A stretch of DNA of 64,000 nt, taken from an uncultured bacterium (GTDB taxonomy: Bacteria > Chloroflexota > Dehalococcoidia > Dehalococcoidales > RBG-16-60-22). The notes under the pieces were generated by a model that had not been told where the DNA came from, ran no database searches, and worked only from the letters and a program-made list of their open reading frames with translations. The position numbers and the translations under genes are program-made. Where the stretch lies: assembly GCA_965369965.1 (NCBI GenBank), contig CBDUSH010000001.1:20269-84268 (forward strand), read 5' to 3'. Position 1 is the first letter of the stretch; every line of letters begins with the position of its first letter. Of the stretch, positions 30,525-40,645 are shown piece after piece.

Positions 30525-31167
30525 TATTCACCTCTTCCTTTTTTTCCTCCCCCCAGAGTTGCTCAGCTGTCCGTACCGCATCCACCGTCATTAACAGTAT
30601 CCGGTGGGAAAGCAGGTCCACCACATTCAATATATTTGCCGGCAGCGTCTTTATCTTTTGCAGGTTACGTGCCGATTTGATAACGTTTTCTTCCGGCTTG
30701 GCGGTCACAATCAGGGCCGAGGATTTTACCCCGAGAGCGCCCAGGATTTCCGCCATCTGCTTTGTCTTTGGCGCCTCCAGCGCCAGGTTTTCCAGGATAA
30801 TCAGTTCCTTTTCCTCCGCCTTGGCGGAAAGGACACACCTCAGGGCCAGCCGGCGCATCTTTTTCGGCATCGCCTGCGTGTAGCTCCTTGGGTGAGGACC
30901 GAAGGTAATACCGCCTCCCCGCCGCAGCGGTGAGCGCCGGCTTCCCGCCCGGGCATTGCCGGTTCCCTTCTGGCGGAACAGCTTGGCGCCGCTGGCGTTG
31001 ACCTGTCCTCTGGTCTTGGTGGCGTGTGTTCCCTGTCGGGCGTTGGCCTGTTGCCGTACCATTGCCTGGTGTACCACCGTCTTGTTAGGAGGCTCTCCGA
31101 ACAAGCGGTCGCTTATTTCGATGTGTCCGGTTACTTCTCCGGTCAGGTTATGGACTGGAATCTGCAC
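30511..31167 (-). CDS. rplD: 50S ribosomal protein L4
   Basis: 218 aa with KLFRQKGTGNARAGSRRSPLRRGGG. Confidence 0.95.
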   Translation of the reverse strand: MQIPVHNLTGEVTGHIEISDRLFGEPPNKTVVHQAMVRQQANARQGTHATKTRGQVNASGAKLFRQKGTGNARAGSRRSPLRRGGGITFGPHPRSYTQAMPKKMRRLALRCVLSAKAEEKELIILENLALEAPKTKQMAEILGALGVKSSALIVTAKPEENVIKSARNLQKIKTLPANILNVVDLLSHRILLMTVDAVRTAEQLWGEEKKEEVNNAAV

Positions 31168-31171
31168 TTCC

Positions 31172-31795
31172 TTAATTCCCCTTCCCAGACTTCTTTATCA
31201 GTACCAGACCGTTAACACCGCCCGGCACCGCTCCCTTGACCAGCAGCAGGTTGCGGTCGGGGTCTGCCCGGTAAACTTCCAGCTTACGTACGGTGACCTG
31301 TTTATTGCCCATGTGTCCCGCCATACGCGTCCCTTTGAAAACTCTGCCCGGGGATGTGCCGGCGCCTATGGAGCCGGCGGCACGGTGGCGGTCGGACTGG
31401 CCGTGTGTTTTCGGCCCACCCGCAAAATGGTGGCGTTTAACCACGCCGGCAAAGCCCTTACCCTTGGATATGCCGGTCACGTCCACCAGGTCGCCGGTTT
31501 TAAACAGGCTCACGTCAATTGTCTGCCCGATTTCAACCGTCTCCCCGTCGCTCACTCCGGACTCTCTAAGGTACTTGTATTTGCCCTTGGCGGTCAGATG
31601 TCCCCGCTTGGCTGTCTTGGCGCCTTTAGCTTCGCCAAAGCCAAGCTGAACGGCGTTATAGCCGTCTGTTTCGGTGTTTTTCACCTGGGTTATCGTGCAC
31701 GGCCCGGTCTCAATAGCGGTAATCGCCGCTATCTTCCCGTCATCCGCGTAGACTTGGGTCATGCCCAGTTTTATGCCTAAAATCTTTTTCGTCAT
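31172..31795 (-). CDS. rplC: 50S ribosomal protein L3
   Basis: It carries ILGIKLGMTQV and KGKGFAGVVKRHHF. Confidence 0.95.
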   Translation of the reverse strand: MTKKILGIKLGMTQVYADDGKIAAITAIETGPCTITQVKNTETDGYNAVQLGFGEAKGAKTAKRGHLTAKGKYKYLRESGVSDGETVEIGQTIDVSLFKTGDLVDVTGISKGKGFAGVVKRHHFAGGPKTHGQSDRHRAAGSIGAGTSPGRVFKGTRMAGHMGNKQVTVRKLEVYRADPDRNLLLVKGAVPGGVNGLVLIKKSGKGN

Positions 31796-31821
31796 CTCTC
31801 TGGCTCTTCTTATTTTAATCT

Positions 31822-32130
31822 TTACAGCTTGATATCTATTTCCACCCCGGCGGGTAAATTGAGCTTGGTTAATGAGTCTATCGTCTTGGAAGTAGTTTCC
31901 ACGATGTCGATAATACGCTTGTGGGTTCGAATCTCGAACTGCTCCTGCGAGTCCTTGTCAATAAACGGGGAGCGGATGACACTGAACTTCTGGATGTGGG
32001 TCGGCAGCGGCACCGGGCCGACCACAATCGCCCCCGTGCGCTCCACGGCTTCGACGATTTGTCCCGCGGACTGGTCAACCACCTTGTGGTCAAAACCCTT
32101 TAACTTGATGCGTATCTTCTGTTTAGCCAT
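31822..32130 (-). CDS. rpsJ: 30S ribosomal protein S10
   Basis: The N-terminus is [22 protein letters not shown]. Confidence 0.96.
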   Translation of the reverse strand: MAKQKIRIKLKGFDHKVVDQSAGQIVEAVERTGAIVVGPVPLPTHIQKFSVIRSPFIDKDSQEQFEIRTHKRIIDIVETTSKTIDSLTKLNLPAGVEIDIKL

Positions 32131-32135
32131 ATTTA

Positions 32136-34250
32136 TTAACCTACCACTTTTTCACTAATCTTGGCGGCCAGTTCCCCCGGCAGTTCCTGGTAGCGGGCAA
32201 ACTCCATGGAATGGGTGGCTCTGCCCTGGGTCAGTGACCTGAGCCGGGTGGCGTAACCGAACGTCTCTGACAGAGGTATATAGCAGTGAACGATGAATGT
32301 ATCGCCCTGCGTGTCAATCGTTTCGATGTGACCTCTCTTGGCGTTGAGGTCACCGATGATATCACCCAGGAATTGCTCCGGGGTGACTACTTCCAGTTTC
32401 ATAATCGGCTCCAGGAGGACCGGACGGGCTTTGTTCATACCCTTTTTCAGCGCCATGGAGCCGGCCATTTTGAAAGCCAGCTCTGAAGAATCGACGTCAT
32501 GGTAGCTGCCGTCATAAAGAGTGACCTTGATATCTACCACCGGATAGCCGGCCAGGATGCCGGTTTCCATGGCCTCTTTGACACCGGCCTGTACCGCGGG
32601 GATAAACTGCTTCGGTATCGTCGCTCCCTTAATCGAATCGACAAACTGAAAACCGCTGCCCCGCTCCACGGGCTCAAGCGCAAGCAGAACATGGCCGAAC
32701 TGGCCGTGTCCGCCCGTCTGCCGGGCGAATTTCGCTTCCGTTTTTACCGCCGTTTGGATAGTTTCCTTGTAGGCCACCTGCGGGTTACCCACGTTAGCTC
32801 TCACCCCGAACTCGCTGATGAGTCGGCTGGTGATAACTTCCAGGTGAAGTTCGCCCATACCGGAGATAACGGTTTGTCCCGTCTCCCGGTTGTAGGCCAC
32901 CTTGAAAGTAGGGTCCTCTTCGGTCAGCTTCTGCAGGGCGATGCCCATTTTATCCTGGTCGCCTCTCGTCTTTGGTTCGATGGCGACCGAAATAACCGGT
33001 TCCGGGAAACGGATTGATTCCAGCAGCACCGGTTGTGAAACGTCGCATAAAGTATCGCCGGTAAAAGTATTCTTCAACCCCAGTGTAGCCACGATACTGC
33101 CCGTGTCCGCTTCCTGCACTTCTTCCCGCCGATTGGCGTGCATCAGGAGCAACCGGCCGATACGTTCCTTTTTGTTCTGGACGGTGTTAAAAACCTGATC
33201 TCCCACCGTTACTTTACCGGAATAAACCCGGAAATAGACCAGCCGCCCCACGAAAGGATCGGAAACTACCTTGAATGAAAGTGCGGCAAAGGGAGCCTCG
33301 TCACTCGCCGGACGGGTTACGTCTGCCCCGTGGCGCGCGTCCGTAGCGTGTATCGGCGGCTTATCCAGCGGGGAAGGCAAGTAGCTGATAACTGCGTCCA
33401 GCAGTATCTGGACACCTTTATTTCTCAATGCGCTGCCGCAGAGGATGGGTACGCCTTTATTGGCTAAAGTGGCTCGTCTCAGGGCTTGTTTCATCTGTGA
33501 GGCGGAAACACTGGCTCCTTCGATGTAGGCTTCCATCATATCATCATCAACTTCAGCTAGCTTCTCAATCAGCAACTGGCGAAATTCGGCAAAGTTTGCT
33601 TGCTCTGACTCCGGTATCGCTATCTTTTCCGGTTCCGAGTCGGGGTCTCCGCTGAGGTACCACGCCTGGCTATCCACGAGGTCGATAACCCCCCGGAAAG
33701 TCTCTTCGCTGCCCAGCGGTATCTGCACCGGCAGGTACCGGGCGCCCAGCCGCTGTCCAATCATCTCCAGGGTACGCCTGAAATTGGCGCCCACCCGGTC
33801 CATTTTATTGATAAAACAAATTCTGGGTACGTGGTATCGGTCGGCCTGGCGCCATACCGTCTCTGATTGCGCTTCCACTCCGGCCACGCCGTCAAAGACG
33901 ACCACCCCGCCGTCCAGGACCCTCAGGCTGCGTTCCACCTCGGCGGTGAAGTCAACGTGTCCCGGCGTATCGATAATGTTAATGCGGTGGTCATCCCAGT
34001 CGCAGGTGGTTGCCGCTGACGTAATGGTGATGCCGCGTTCCTTCTCCTGCTCCATCCAGTCCATCACCGCGGTGCCGTCGTGTACCTCACCTATCTTGTA
34101 GGTGCGGCCGGTATAATAGAGTATCCGCTCGGTGACGGTGGTCTTACCGGCGTCAATGTGAGCAATGATACCTATATTTCTGATTTTCTCTAAGGGAAAA
34201 TTTCTAGGCACCGTTCTGGCCTCAACTAGTACTTGGTTTTTTGTCATCAT
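32136..34250 (-). CDS. fusA: translation elongation factor G
   Basis: It has the G1 motif [17 protein letters not shown] and NKMD. I prefer the start at the MM pair (34250/34247). The ATG at 34280 overlaps the rpsG stop (ATGGTGA) and is also possible. Confidence 0.93.
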   Translation of the reverse strand: MMTKNQVLVEARTVPRNFPLEKIRNIGIIAHIDAGKTTVTERILYYTGRTYKIGEVHDGTAVMDWMEQEKERGITITSAATTCDWDDHRINIIDTPGHVDFTAEVERSLRVLDGGVVVFDGVAGVEAQSETVWRQADRYHVPRICFINKMDRVGANFRRTLEMIGQRLGARYLPVQIPLGSEETFRGVIDLVDSQAWYLSGDPDSEPEKIAIPESEQANFAEFRQLLIEKLAEVDDDMMEAYIEGASVSASQMKQALRRATLANKGVPILCGSALRNKGVQILLDAVISYLPSPLDKPPIHATDARHGADVTRPASDEAPFAALSFKVVSDPFVGRLVYFRVYSGKVTVGDQVFNTVQNKKERIGRLLLMHANRREEVQEADTGSIVATLGLKNTFTGDTLCDVSQPVLLESIRFPEPVISVAIEPKTRGDQDKMGIALQKLTEEDPTFKVAYNRETGQTVISGMGELHLEVITSRLISEFGVRANVGNPQVAYKETIQTAVKTEAKFARQTGGHGQFGHVLLALEPVERGSGFQFVDSIKGATIPKQFIPAVQAGVKEAMETGILAGYPVVDIKVTLYDGSYHDVDSSELAFKMAGSMALKKGMNKARPVLLEPIMKLEVVTPEQFLGDIIGDLNAKRGHIETIDTQGDTFIVHCYIPLSETFGYATRLRSLTQGRATHSMEFARYQELPGELAAKISEKVVG

Positions 34251-34273
34251 ATTGAAATTAATCCAGCACCCTC

Positions 34274-34744
34274 TCACCATCGGTAGTGGGCAAAGGCACG
34301 GTTGGCCTCCGCCATTCGGTGGGTGTCCTCACGTCTCTTGATAGTGGTTCCTTCTCCGCGCCAGGCATCGGTAAACTCGGCGGCCAGCCTGACGGTCATT
34401 GACTTGCCCTTCCGGTCCCTGGCCGATTTAAGCAGCCAGCGTATCGCCAGGAAAAGGCCGCGCTCCGGCTGGACCTCCACCGGTACCTGATAGGTGGCGC
34501 CCCCGACGCGCCGCGGTTTGACCTCCAGCAGGGGAGTGGCGTTTTTAATCGCCTGTTCTAAAGCTGTCACCGCGTCTTTGGATACCTGCTGTTCCAGTTG
34601 TTGCAGGGCTTCGTAAACAATTCTTTCCGCCGTCCGCTTCTTGCCTTGTTTCATTACTTTGTTCACAATTTTGGCAACGATGACGCTCTGGTATCTGGCG
34701 TCAGGGACGGTTTCTTTTTTTGGTGCTCGGGCTCTTCTTGGCAT
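34274..34744 (-). CDS. rpsG: 30S ribosomal protein S7
   Basis: It begins [18 protein letters not shown] and ends ...AFAHYRW. Confidence 0.96.
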   Translation of the reverse strand: MPRRARAPKKETVPDARYQSVIVAKIVNKVMKQGKKRTAERIVYEALQQLEQQVSKDAVTALEQAIKNATPLLEVKPRRVGGATYQVPVEVQPERGLFLAIRWLLKSARDRKGKSMTVRLAAEFTDAWRGEGTTIKRREDTHRMAEANRAFAHYRW

Positions 34745-34767
34745 TCTGGACTCCTGTTACTACGCGA

Positions 34768-35190
34768 TTATCGTTTTTCCTTGGGCATCTTGCTTCCGTA
34801 CTTGCTGCGGCCCTGTCTGCGGTTGGCCACCCCGCTGGTGTCCAGGGTTCCCCGGACGATGTGGTAACGCACACCGGGCAGATCCTTCACCTTTCCGCCG
34901 CGAATCAGCACCACCGAATGCTCCTGCAGTTCGTGCCCTTCGCCGGGAATGTAGGCGGTTACTTCCATCATATTGGTCAGCCTCACCCGGGCGATTTTCC
35001 GCAGTGCCGAGTTAGGCTTTTTGGGGGTGGTCGTCCTGACCTGTGTGCATACCCCTCGCTTTTGCGGTGAGCCTTTGCCCTCGACCATCCGGTTCTTCAG
35101 CGCGTTGAAAGTAAATCGCAGCGCCGGAGATTTGGTCTTCTTGATGACCTTTTTCCGCCCTTTTCTGATGAGCTGGTTAATAGTCGGCAA
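34768..35190 (-). CDS. rpsL: 30S ribosomal protein S12
   Basis: It carries [14 protein letters not shown] chose the TTG start at 35190, preceded by GGAGGAG 4 nt upstream. The longer listed ORF (to 35247) adds a non-S12 leader. Confidence 0.93.
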   Translation of the reverse strand: MPTINQLIRKGRKKVIKKTKSPALRFTFNALKNRMVEGKGSPQKRGVCTQVRTTTPKKPNSALRKIARVRLTNMMEVTAYIPGEGHELQEHSVVLIRGGKVKDLPGVRYHIVRGTLDTSGVANRRQGRSKYGSKMPKEKR

Positions 35191-35313
35191 TTGTCTCCTC
35201 CTGCCCCACAATTTAATGGATGAGCCTCGGCTCATCCAACAAAACATTAGCCTTAGATGCTTGCTGTTTCTTCAGTCTATCGGCTAATTTTGAGTACTGG
35301 ACACTAAGAATCA

Positions 35314-35343
35314 AGTATACTATAGTCACAGTTGGAATGTCAA
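35314..35343 (-). promoter_or_regulatory. sigma70-type promoter of the str/ribosomal operon
   Basis: On the minus strand: TTGACA (35343-35338), 18-nt spacer, TATACT (35319-35314). It lies ~120 nt upstream of the rpsL start. Confidence 0.5.
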
Positions 35344-35421
35344 CACTTTATACTCACCGCTAATCACTAGGGTGTTAACAGCGCCCGGCTACCGGGGCGA
35401 TACCGGTTTTAACGCATCAGA

Positions 35422-36216
35422 CTATGACCCGGCGAGTATTTCCCGCAGCCCTTTCCCTTGCAGCTGACTCCACTGGTAGAGGACGGCCAGGTCAAAACCG
35501 ATGCAGAAATGACTGACTCCCATATCGACGAATTCTTTGGCGCCTTCGAAGCTGTTCAGTTCCACCCGGGGGTGGACTCCCTTTTTCAGCGCCTTCTCTA
35601 TCATGTCCCGCTCCACCCGCATGATTTCGGGGCTTCTCATTCCGCCCGCCTTGCTGACGCTCAGGGAGTAATCGCAGGGGCCGAACTGGAGCATGTCCAC
35701 ACCCTCGACCTCCATTATCTCGTCAAGCTGCTCCATGGCGGAGGCTTTTTCTATCAGTATCGTAATCACGGTTTCCCGCTGGGCTTCGACCCATGCCTGG
35801 CTGCCCACATCCACGAAATAGCCGGCGCTGCGCCTCACCGCGCAGCCGTGGCTGCCGCCGTCCTCCGGCGTCGCCGGTCGTACCGCCCGGATGCATTCCC
35901 TGACCTCATCCGCGGAATAGCAGTCGCTGAATATCAGGTTCTGTATGCCGGCGCCCAGTGACCGGGAAGTGATGAATATCCTCGGTTCCTGCTCTACCTT
36001 CATCATCGACGACATTTGCGGAAAAAGCTCCACCGCCCGGGCGAAGTTTTCCAGGTCACTCAATCCCCAGGCGGCGTATTCCCCGCTCAGTTCGATATAG
36101 TCGAAAGCGCCGGAAAGGCCGATCACTTCCACTATCTGCGGCGAAACGGACACCATGCGGGTGCCCAGAGTCGGCTTGCCGGCGTTGAGCATCTCTCTTA
36201 ATACGTTCTTTTTCAT
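35422..36216 (-). CDS. HpcH/HpaI-family (class II, pyruvate-forming) aldolase
   Basis: 264 aa. The N-terminal pattern L.EML.AGKPTLGT....SPQIVEVIGLSGFDYI is typical of 2-keto-3-deoxy/4-hydroxy-2-oxoacid aldolases. Confidence 0.7.
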   Translation of the reverse strand: MKKNVLREMLNAGKPTLGTRMVSVSPQIVEVIGLSGAFDYIELSGEYAAWGLSDLENFARAVELFPQMSSMMKVEQEPRIFITSRSLGAGIQNLIFSDCYSADEVRECIRAVRPATPEDGGSHGCAVRRSAGYFVDVGSQAWVEAQRETVITILIEKASAMEQLDEIMEVEGVDMLQFGPCDYSLSVSKAGGMRSPEIMRVERDMIEKALKKGVHPRVELNSFEGAKEFVDMGVSHFCIGFDLAVLYQWSQLQGKGLREILAGS

Positions 36217-36230
36217 TCGGTTGCCTCCTT

Positions 36231-37130
36231 TTACCCGGTATTTACGGGTGCTGTCTTTATTTGATATTTTTGGCCTCTCGCCTGGGCGTAGATTTCGGTC
36301 GCTCGAAACGAGCTTCTGACCAGCGGCGCCGAGGTGACGCCTTTAAACCCCATGTTTTTCCCCGCTTCCCGGTATTCGGCGAACTCCTCCGGGGGAATGA
36401 ACTTTACTACCGGGTGGTGCTTTGCCGAGGGCTGCAGGTACTGTCCGATAGTCAGCAGGTCGCACCCGGCGGCCCGCAGGTCGCGCATCACCGCCCGCAC
36501 CTCCTCCCCGCTTTCCCCCAGCCCCAGCATCAGGCCGGATTTGGTCACGATTTCCGGGTCGAACCCCTTCACTCTTGACAGCAGTTCCAGGGAACGCCGG
36601 TAATCCGCCTCCGGCCTTACCTCCGGGTAGAGGCGGGGCACCGTTTCAATATTATGGTTGATGACTTCGGGACGGGCTTTTGCCACTGTCTCCAGCGCTT
36701 CCGCCGAGCCGAGGAAGTCCGGTATGAGCACCTCGACGATGACCCCCGGGCGGTGGTCGTGCAATAGCCGGATTATGCGGGCGAAATGTCCGGCGCCGCC
36801 GTCGGGCAGGTCATCCCGGGTCACCGAAGTGATGACCACGTAGCTTAGTCCCAGTCTTTCGACTGCTTCCAGCAGGCGTTGCGGTTCCTCCCCGTCCGGC
36901 AGGTCGGGGCATCCCTTGGGCACCGCGCAGAACGTGCAGTGCCGGCTGCACACCTCGCCCAGGATGAGGAAGGTGGCCGTGCCCGCCGTGAAACACCCGC
37001 CGATGTTCGGGCAGTGGGCGCTCTCGCAGATGGTGCCCAGCTTTAATCCGCCGAGCAGGTGTTCCATGTCGGACATAACCTGCGGGTCGGCCGGGCGTTG
37101 CTTAAACCATGGCGGCAGTCTTCCGCTCAT
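36231..37130 (-). CDS. lipA: lipoyl synthase
   Basis: It has the auxiliary-cluster motif CESAHCPNIGGC and the radical-SAM motif CSRHCTFC. Confidence 0.93.
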   Translation of the reverse strand: MSGRLPPWFKQRPADPQVMSDMEHLLGGLKLGTICESAHCPNIGGCFTAGTATFLILGEVCSRHCTFCAVPKGCPDLPDGEEPQRLLEAVERLGLSYVVITSVTRDDLPDGGAGHFARIIRLLHDHRPGVIVEVLIPDFLGSAEALETVAKARPEVINHNIETVPRLYPEVRPEADYRRSLELLSRVKGFDPEIVTKSGLMLGLGESGEEVRAVMRDLRAAGCDLLTIGQYLQPSAKHHPVVKFIPPEEFAEYREAGKNMGFKGVTSAPLVRSSFRATEIYAQARGQKYQIKTAPVNTG

Positions 37131-37977
37131 CGCCTTCCTTTAACGGTATAGGTGTTTTCGTCGCTATCTCAATTCGAAATATTTCGGCAAAATGGGAGAG
37201 CAGTCTTTCGGTCACCGTTGTCATGTCTGTTTCCCGTCCCAGCTTTCGGGAGATAGAGGTTGCCGTCCGGTCGGTAAAGCCGCAGGGATAAATCAGCGAA
37301 AAATGCTCCAGATTTGTGTTTACGTTCAAGGCAAAGCCGTGCATCGTTATCCACTTCTTCAGCCGGAGTCCGATAGCGGCGATTTCCTGATTATCCACCC
37401 AGACACCGGGGTGGTTTTTATCCCTGCCCGACTCTATGGAAAAGTCTTTCAGGGTTCTGATGATGGCTTCTTCCAGGTTGCGGATATAACGGTGGATGTC
37501 TTTTCCCCACCCCCGCAGGTCGAATATAGGGTAGCCCACCAGTTGCCCCGGGCCGTGATAGGTCACATCCCCGCCCCGGTCGATAAAGACCAGCGAGACC
37601 CCTTTTCGGGCCAACTCTTCCGGTGAAGCCAGGATATTTTCCAGTTTACCGGACTTGCCCACCGTTATCGTCGGCGGGTGTTCCAGCAGCAGCAGCGTAT
37701 CCGGTATCCGTCCTTCCGCCCTCTCTTCGAGCAACTGCCTCTGTAGACGGTAGGCGTCCCGGTAACTGATTTGACCCGCCCGGTAGACGGCGCACCGCCG
37801 CCGAACCTCTTCGCTTGCCTGACTCAAAGGTTTTATATTCACATCCCCTTCGCTTGGCCGACTCAAAACCCCTTCACTTGCCTGACTCAAAGGTTTTGTA
37901 TGCACATCCCCTTCACTTGCCTGACTCAAAGGTTTTGTATGCACATCCCCTTCACTTGCCTGACTCAAAGGTTTCAT
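37102..37977 (-). CDS. lipB: octanoyltransferase LipB with a repetitive ~60-aa N-terminal extension
   Basis: It has the core motif RGGDVTYHGPGQLVGYPI. The ATG overlaps the lpdA stop (ATGA). Confidence 0.88.
   Translation of the reverse strand: MKPLSQASEGDVHTKPLSQASEGDVHTKPLSQASEGVLSRPSEGDVNIKPLSQASEEVRRRCAVYRAGQISYRDAYRLQRQLLEERAEGRIPDTLLLLEHPPTITVGKSGKLENILASPEELARKGVSLVFIDRGGDVTYHGPGQLVGYPIFDLRGWGKDIHRYIRNLEEAIIRTLKDFSIESGRDKNHPGVWVDNQEIAAIGLRLKKWITMHGFALNVNTNLEHFSLIYPCGFTDRTATSISRKLGRETDMTTVTERLLSHFAEIFRIEIATKTPIPLKEGDERKTAAMV
37809..37977. repeat. 39-bp in-frame tandem repeat (~4.3 copies) at the 5' end of lipB
   Basis: Units start at 37809, 37848 (shortened), 37872, 37911 and 37950. 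Units 37872-37910 and 37911-37949 are identical. The encoded repeat is KPLSQASEGDVHT. Confidence 0.9.
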
Positions 37978-39380
37978 TTCTTTGACGGCGGGAAATGTAT
38001 CGTTTCGCCAGTCACGTCCAGCGCCGCCTCCCGGAATGCCTCGGAAAGGCTGGGGTGGGAGTGTATCGTGGCGATGATTTCCTGCGGCGTCACGTCCAGT
38101 TTCATCGCCAGGGCGGCTTCGGCGATTAGTTCGGTGGCTTGCGGCCCGACGATGTGCACGCCCAGTATCTGGCCGTATTTCTGGTCGGTGACTATCTTTA
38201 CCAGTCCCCGCCGCTCCCCTTTGATGATGGCCATACCGTTGGCGGCAAAGGGAAATTTCCCGGTCTGCACCTGGTATTCCCGGGCTCTGGCGTCCGCCTC
38301 GGTAAGCCCCACGCCGGCCAGTTCCGGCAGGGTGAAAACGCAGCGCGGCACTGCCTGGTAATCGATTGCGGTATCTTTGCCCAGGGCGTTCTCTGCGGCC
38401 ACGACACCTTCTTCCATGGCGACGTAGGCCAGCATCATACCGCCCACGGCGTCACCGGCGGCGTAGATATTGGGTACACTGGTCGCCATGCTGTCGTTCA
38501 CCTTGATGGCGCCTTTCTCCACGGCTACTCCGGCTTCTTCCAGCCCCAGACCGTCCAGGTTGGGACGGTAACCCACCCCGATGGCGACCACCTCTGCCAC
38601 CAGTTTCTTCTCCCCCTCTCCGGTAACCACGGTGACCGCTTTGCCCCCCGCCGTGTCCTCGATGGCGCTCACTTTGGCGCCCTCGTATATTTCCACTCCG
38701 TCCTCTTTCAGGGCTTTACTCACCACTGCGGTCAATTCCACGTCTTCCAGGGGCAGGATATGGGGCAGCATTTCCACGATAGTCACCTTGCTGCCCAGCT
38801 TGGCCAGGATAGTGGCCATCTCCACGCCGATAACCCCGCCCCCTATCATCAGCAGGCTCTCCGGGACCCGTTCCAGGTCGAGCACGCTCTCGGCGCCGAT
38901 TACGCCGCGGGGACTGTCCGCCCCCGGAATCGGCAGTGTTATCGGCCGGGCGCCGGTGGCGATGATTATCTTCTGCGCCGTGAGAACCTGTTTCTGCCCC
39001 TGCCCGTCGGTTATCTCCACCTGCATTGACGCCAGCAGCCGGGCGCGTCCGTTGATAACTTCAACCCCGTTTACCTTCAGCAGGCCCTGGACGCCGGAAA
39101 CCAGCGTCGAAATAACGGTGCTCTTGCGCGCCATCATTTTAGCCAGGTCGATACTGACACCGGTAGTGGTTATGCCGTATTCCCCGGCGTTCTTGATTGA
39201 CTCGTAAAGTTCCACACTGTGCAGTAGCGTCTTCGAAGGGATGCACCCGTGATTCAGACAGGTCCCTCCAAGTTTGTCCTCTTCGATGAGGGTAACCTTG
39301 CCGCCCAGTTGGGCGGCCCTTATCGCGGCGACGTATCCCGCCGGACCGCCGCCGATGATGATCAGTTCTCGTGCCTCCAC
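37974..39380 (-). CDS. lpdA: dihydrolipoyl dehydrogenase (E3)
   Basis: It has the FAD motif GGGPAGY, the redox disulfide GGTCLNHGCIPSK and the C-terminal HSHPSLSE. Confidence 0.95.
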   Translation of the reverse strand: MEARELIIIGGGPAGYVAAIRAAQLGGKVTLIEEDKLGGTCLNHGCIPSKTLLHSVELYESIKNAGEYGITTTGVSIDLAKMMARKSTVISTLVSGVQGLLKVNGVEVINGRARLLASMQVEITDGQGQKQVLTAQKIIIATGARPITLPIPGADSPRGVIGAESVLDLERVPESLLMIGGGVIGVEMATILAKLGSKVTIVEMLPHILPLEDVELTAVVSKALKEDGVEIYEGAKVSAIEDTAGGKAVTVVTGEGEKKLVAEVVAIGVGYRPNLDGLGLEEAGVAVEKGAIKVNDSMATSVPNIYAAGDAVGGMMLAYVAMEEGVVAAENALGKDTAIDYQAVPRCVFTLPELAGVGLTEADARAREYQVQTGKFPFAANGMAIIKGERRGLVKIVTDQKYGQILGVHIVGPQATELIAEAALAMKLDVTPQEIIATIHSHPSLSEAFREAALDVTGETIHFPPSKK

Positions 39381-39394
39381 GGTGTACCTCCCTG

Positions 39395-40630
39395 TTATGC
39401 GCTGATTAGCAGCCGGTATGGGTTTTCCAGCAGCTTGATGACGCCGGCCATGAACCCGGCGGCCACCGCTCCGTCGATTACTCTGTGGTCATAGGTAAAA
39501 TAGTAGGTCATTATCGGCCGGATGACGATTTGCCCGTCCCTGACCACCGCCCGGTCGGTGATGGCGCCGGTGCCCAGGATGGCCGACTCCGGCTGGTTGA
39601 TGATTACCGTCTCGAAGCGGTATCCGGCGCCGACGGCGCCTAGGTTGCTCAGGGTGAAGGTGCCGCCGCCGATATCGCCCGGCTGCAGTTTACCCTCTCT
39701 CGCTTTGGAAGCCAGCGCCTTTACTGTCTGGCTGATTTCTTTCAGTGATTTCCGGTCGGCGGCGGAGACCACCGGGACAATCAGCCCCTCATCCAGGGCG
39801 ACGGCCACGCCGATATTGATGTCTTCCCAGATTTTAACTTCATTATCTATCAGGCTGGAATTGATCGCCGGGTGTTCTTTGAGCGCCCGGGCGACGGCTA
39901 TCACCAGTAAATCGGTGTAGGTAACGCGGGTGCCGAGGGTGCTTTCCTGCTCCACCAGGTCCTGGCGCATCCTGACCAGCTGGGTCATGTCTATCTCACC
40001 CATGGCGGTGAGCTGGGCGGAGGTTGCCAGGCTGCGCTGCATGTGCTCGGCGATGGCCCCGCGCATCCCCCTGAGGGGTACGGTGCTCTTGACTCTTTTC
40101 TCGCCGGGGGCGCCTGCCGGGGCGGCCGTCACCTTGGGTCCTCCTGCTTTACCGGCAATCGCTTTTTCAATGTCTTCCCGGGTAATTCTGCCTCCGGGCC
40201 CGGTGCCGGTTACCTGCGTCACGTCGATGACGTGCTCCTCGGCCATCTTCCGGGCGACCGGTGATATTTTGACTCTCTCCCCTTTTTCGCCTGCGCTCAC
40301 CGGTGGAGCGGCGGCTGCCTGGGGTGCGGCGGCGGCCTCGGCGGCGGTCGGTGCCGGTTCCGGTTGGGCGGTTTGCAGGGCGGCCAGTTCGTCTTGAGAT
40401 TCGGCGATGATGCCTACCGCCGAGCCAACCGCGGCCGTATCGTCGGCATTTTTGATGATGTGGACAAGGCCGGCAGCCGGTGACTCCACGTCATACCTCA
40501 GCTTTTCCGTTTCAATCACCACCACCACCTGCTTTTCCGCCACCTGTTCCCCTTCCTGAACCTTCCACTCGATAATGGTAGCGTCGGCTACCGCCATGCC
40601 TAAACGTGGTACTATAATATCTGTTGCCAT
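39395..40630 (-). CDS. dihydrolipoamide acyltransferase (E2)
   Basis: It has an N-terminal lipoyl domain (VVIETEKLRYDVESP), an Ala/Pro linker, a peripheral-subunit-binding domain and the catalytic motif YDHRVIDGA. Confidence 0.92.
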   Translation of the reverse strand: MATDIIVPRLGMAVADATIIEWKVQEGEQVAEKQVVVVIETEKLRYDVESPAAGLVHIIKNADDTAAVGSAVGIIAESQDELAALQTAQPEPAPTAAEAAAAPQAAAAPPVSAGEKGERVKISPVARKMAEEHVIDVTQVTGTGPGGRITREDIEKAIAGKAGGPKVTAAPAGAPGEKRVKSTVPLRGMRGAIAEHMQRSLATSAQLTAMGEIDMTQLVRMRQDLVEQESTLGTRVTYTDLLVIAVARALKEHPAINSSLIDNEVKIWEDINIGVAVALDEGLIVPVVSAADRKSLKEISQTVKALASKAREGKLQPGDIGGGTFTLSNLGAVGAGYRFETVIINQPESAILGTGAITDRAVVRDGQIVIRPIMTYYFTYDHRVIDGAVAAGFMAGVIKLLENPYRLLISA

Positions 40631-40645
40631 CTTTTCCTCCTGAGG

